Shown piece after piece: positions 61,303 through 64,000 of a stretch of 64,000 nt of DNA. The DNA comes from Neoechinorhynchus agilis (lineage: Eukaryota > Animalia > Acanthocephala), in the NCBI GenBank assembly GCA_051530055.1, contig CM121342.1, positions 13,159,480 to 13,223,479 of the forward strand, written 5' to 3'. Below the pieces are notes generated by a model. That model saw only the letters and a list, made by a program, of their open reading frames with translations. It had not been told where the DNA came from and ran no database searches. Positions within the stretch are counted from its first letter, which is position 1; each line of letters starts with the position of its first letter. Made by a program: the position numbers and the translations under genes.

Positions 61303-63400
61303 TACGTTGTTTAACGCCTTTGTAACGCTGCAATTGTCCATCTGACGTTCAAGACGAAGTCTCATTTTATTTGTTGTTAAATACGTTTGTAACGCCGTTG
61401 TTGTTCATCTGACGCTCGAGAGGAATAGTCTCGTTTTCTTTGTTGCTAAATGCGTTTGTAACGCTGTTGTTGCGTATCTGACGCTCGAGATGGAAAGTCT
61501 CGTTTTATTTGTTGTTTAATGCGTTAGTAAGGCCGTTGTTGTTCATCTGACGCTCGAGAGGAATAGTCTCGTTTTCTTTGTTGCTAAATGCGTCTGTAAC
61601 GCTGTTGTTGCGTATCTGACGCTCGAGATGGAAAGTCTCGTTTTATTTGTTGTTTAATGCGTTAGTAAGGCTGTTGTTGTTCAGCTGACGCTTGAGACGA
61701 ATAGACTCGTTTTCTATGTTGTTAAATGCGTTTGAAACGCTGTTATTGTTTATCTGACGCTCGAGACGAAAGTCTCATTTGCTTTGTTGCTAAATGCGTT
61801 TGCAACGCTGTTGTTGTGTACCCGGAACTCGAGACGAATCGTCCCGTTTTATTTGTTGTTAAATACGTTTGTAACGCCGTTTCTTTGTTGCCAAATGCGT
61901 TTGTAACGCTGTTATTGTTCATCTGACGTTCAAGATGAAAACTCTCATTTTATTTGTTGTTTAATGCATTTGTTACGCCGTTGTTGTGCACTTGACGTTC
62001 GAGACGAAAAAGGCTCGTTTTCCTTGTTGTTAAATGCGCTTGTAACGCTGTTGTTGTTCATCTGACGCTCGAGACGAAAGTCTCATTTGCTTTGTTGCTA
62101 AATGCGTTTGTAACGCTGTTGTTGTGTACCCGGAACTCGAGACGAATCGTCTCGTTTTATTTGTTGTTAAATACGTTTGTAACGCCGTTTCTTTGTTGCC
62201 AAATGCGTTTGTAACGCTGTTATTGTTCATCTGACGTTCAAGATGAAAACTCTCATTTTATTTGTTGTTTAATGCATTTTTACGTTGTTGTACTGACGTT
62301 CGAGACGAAAAGGCTCGTTTTCCTTGTTGCTAAATGCGTTTGTAACGCTGTTGTTGTTCATGTGACGCTCGAGACGAATTGTCTCGTTCATTTCGTTGTT
62401 GAATACGTTCGTAACGCTGTTGTTGTTCACGTGACGCTCGAGACGAATATTCTCGTTTTCTTTGTTGTTAAATACGTTCGTAATGCTGTTGTTGTTCATC
62501 TGACGCTCGAGACGAACGTCTCATTTCCTTTGTTGCTAAATGCGTTTGTAACGCTGTTGTTGTTCATCTGACGTTCAAGATGAAAACTCTCGTTTTATTT
62601 GTTGTTTAATGCATTTGTTACGCCGTTGTTGTGCACTTGACGTTCGAGACGAAAAAGGCTCGTTTTCCTCGTTGCTAAATGCGTTTGTAACGCTGTTGTT
62701 GTTCATGTGACGCTCGAGACGAATTGTCTCGTTCATTTCGTTGTTGAATACGTTCGTAACGCTGTTGTTGTTCACGTGACGCTCGAGACGAATATTCTCG
62801 TTTTCTTTGTTGTTAAATACGTTCGTAATGCTGTTGTTGTTCATCTGACGCTCGAGACGAACGTCTCATTTCCTTTGTTGCTAAATGCGTTTGTAACGCT
62901 GTTGTTGTTCATCTGACGTTCAAGATGAAAACTCTCGTTTTATTTGTTGTTTAATGCATTTGTTACGCCGTTGTTGTGCACTTGACGTTCGAGACGAAGA
63001 AGTTTCGTTTTGCTCGTTGCTAAATGCGTTTGTAACGCTGTTATTGTTCATCTGGCGCTCGAGACGAATAGTCTCGTTTTATTTGTTGTTAAATACGTTT
63101 GTAACGTTGTTGTTGTTGATCTGACGCTCGAGACGAAAGTCTCCTTTCCTTTGTTGCTAAATGCGCTTGTAACGCTGTTGTTGTTCATTTGACGTTCAAG
63201 ATGAAAACTCTCGTTTTATTTGTTGTTTAATGCATTTGTTACGCCGTTGTTGTGCACTTGACGTTCGAGACGAAAAAGGCTCGTTTTCCTCGTTGCTAAA
63301 TGCGTTTGTAATGCTGTTATTGGATATATGACGCCGGAACCGAAAATGTCTCGTTCGCTCCGTTATTGTTCGCGTTTGTACCGCCGTTGCCGCGACTGTG
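61303..63400. repeat. Tandem array of about 31 units of 66-69 bp with higher-order duplications
   Basis: Unit approximately catctgacgctcgagacgaaagtctcgttttctttgttgctaaatgcgtttgtaacgctgttgttgtt; block offsets of 345 bp (5x69) and 308 bp are visible. Confidence 0.95.
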
Positions 63401-64000
63401 CTCGTGACATTACTCATTGAAGATGACTTTGTAAGTGAGTTTTGGGAGTAAAGAAAATGTAGGATCCTTTTTCGCTTGAGCTCTCAAAAATCACGAAAGT
63501 ATTGTGGGCTAAAAAGTTTCAAAATTCACTTTCAGATCATTAATGTTTGCACACCGTAGGCTATCGCTATGACCGTATTGTTTTGTGCTGTTGTTTACTT
63601 CCGTATTTAGTTTTAGTTTAGATATGCAAGCTAAAGCCGTTGGATACGTGAACACGTTAGTGGATTTGATTCGACGGAAAAGCCTTCATGTGATCTTCAA
63701 ACCTCCTTATATGAGTTCCAATGAACTTCGTGAAAGATTACTCAATGCTCTCATTGCTGTTTGTAACTATGAGCAGGAATCGATGGTTGAGAGGAATCAA
63801 TTGATGTACAGGCCAAATGAGAAACTCGTTGTTCAAGATTATTCGGCCAATAATGTGCTCGATTGCTTTCTTGGGACACTTGCTCGCTAATGCTTACTCT
63901 GATATCATTTCCTTCCATAGATTTTTGCTGCATCTTCTCAGAAAAGGCAGGGTAGGCACCATGTATCGACGATATGTTTTAAACCCATTCAATTAATATT

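Noticed and set aside
61303-63400. CRISPR array, or TAA/TAG-to-Gln recoding suggested by the recurrent stop
   Set aside because: There are no unique spacers and the context is eukaryotic; host genes end in TAA/TAG and the 1871-aa ORF has no internal stops
63560-64000. ORFs to the right of the satellite (possible integrase or Helitron 5' part)
   Set aside because: No convincing motif in any frame; truncated by the window edge

Overview
AT-rich animal (probably invertebrate, species not determinable) genomic DNA. Most introns are about 40-55 nt GT-AG, with some larger TE-filled introns. Recognisable genes: GMPPA (runs off the left edge), a very divergent KIDINS220, a Tlx homeobox gene, twinfilin, a SCAP-like sterol-sensing protein, spermidine synthase, a single-exon classical cadherin, a PepT/SLC15 peptide transporter and a CABIT-domain gene, plus several unassigned genes. 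Between and inside them are decayed TEs (L2-group LINE, Penelope pieces, Tigger, Buster hAT, Helitron, four MITE-like families, a SINE candidate), a 28S rRNA fragment, a truncated ATP13A1 copy and a 2.1-kb satellite with a ~69-bp unit. The observations most worth follow-up are: (i) two families of minimal hammerhead-ribozyme motifs, twice arranged as divergent inverted pairs inside introns; (ii) spermidine synthase interrupted by a 44-nt hairpin-containing segment that does not look like the other introns; (iii) a satellite whose 23-codon unit resembles Helitron STPR repeats and lies upstream of a Helitron Rep remnant. All protein assignments are by eye from remembered family motifs, exon boundaries were worked out by hand, and gene ends marked approximate are uncertain. 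No prokaryotic, CRISPR or phage system was found.
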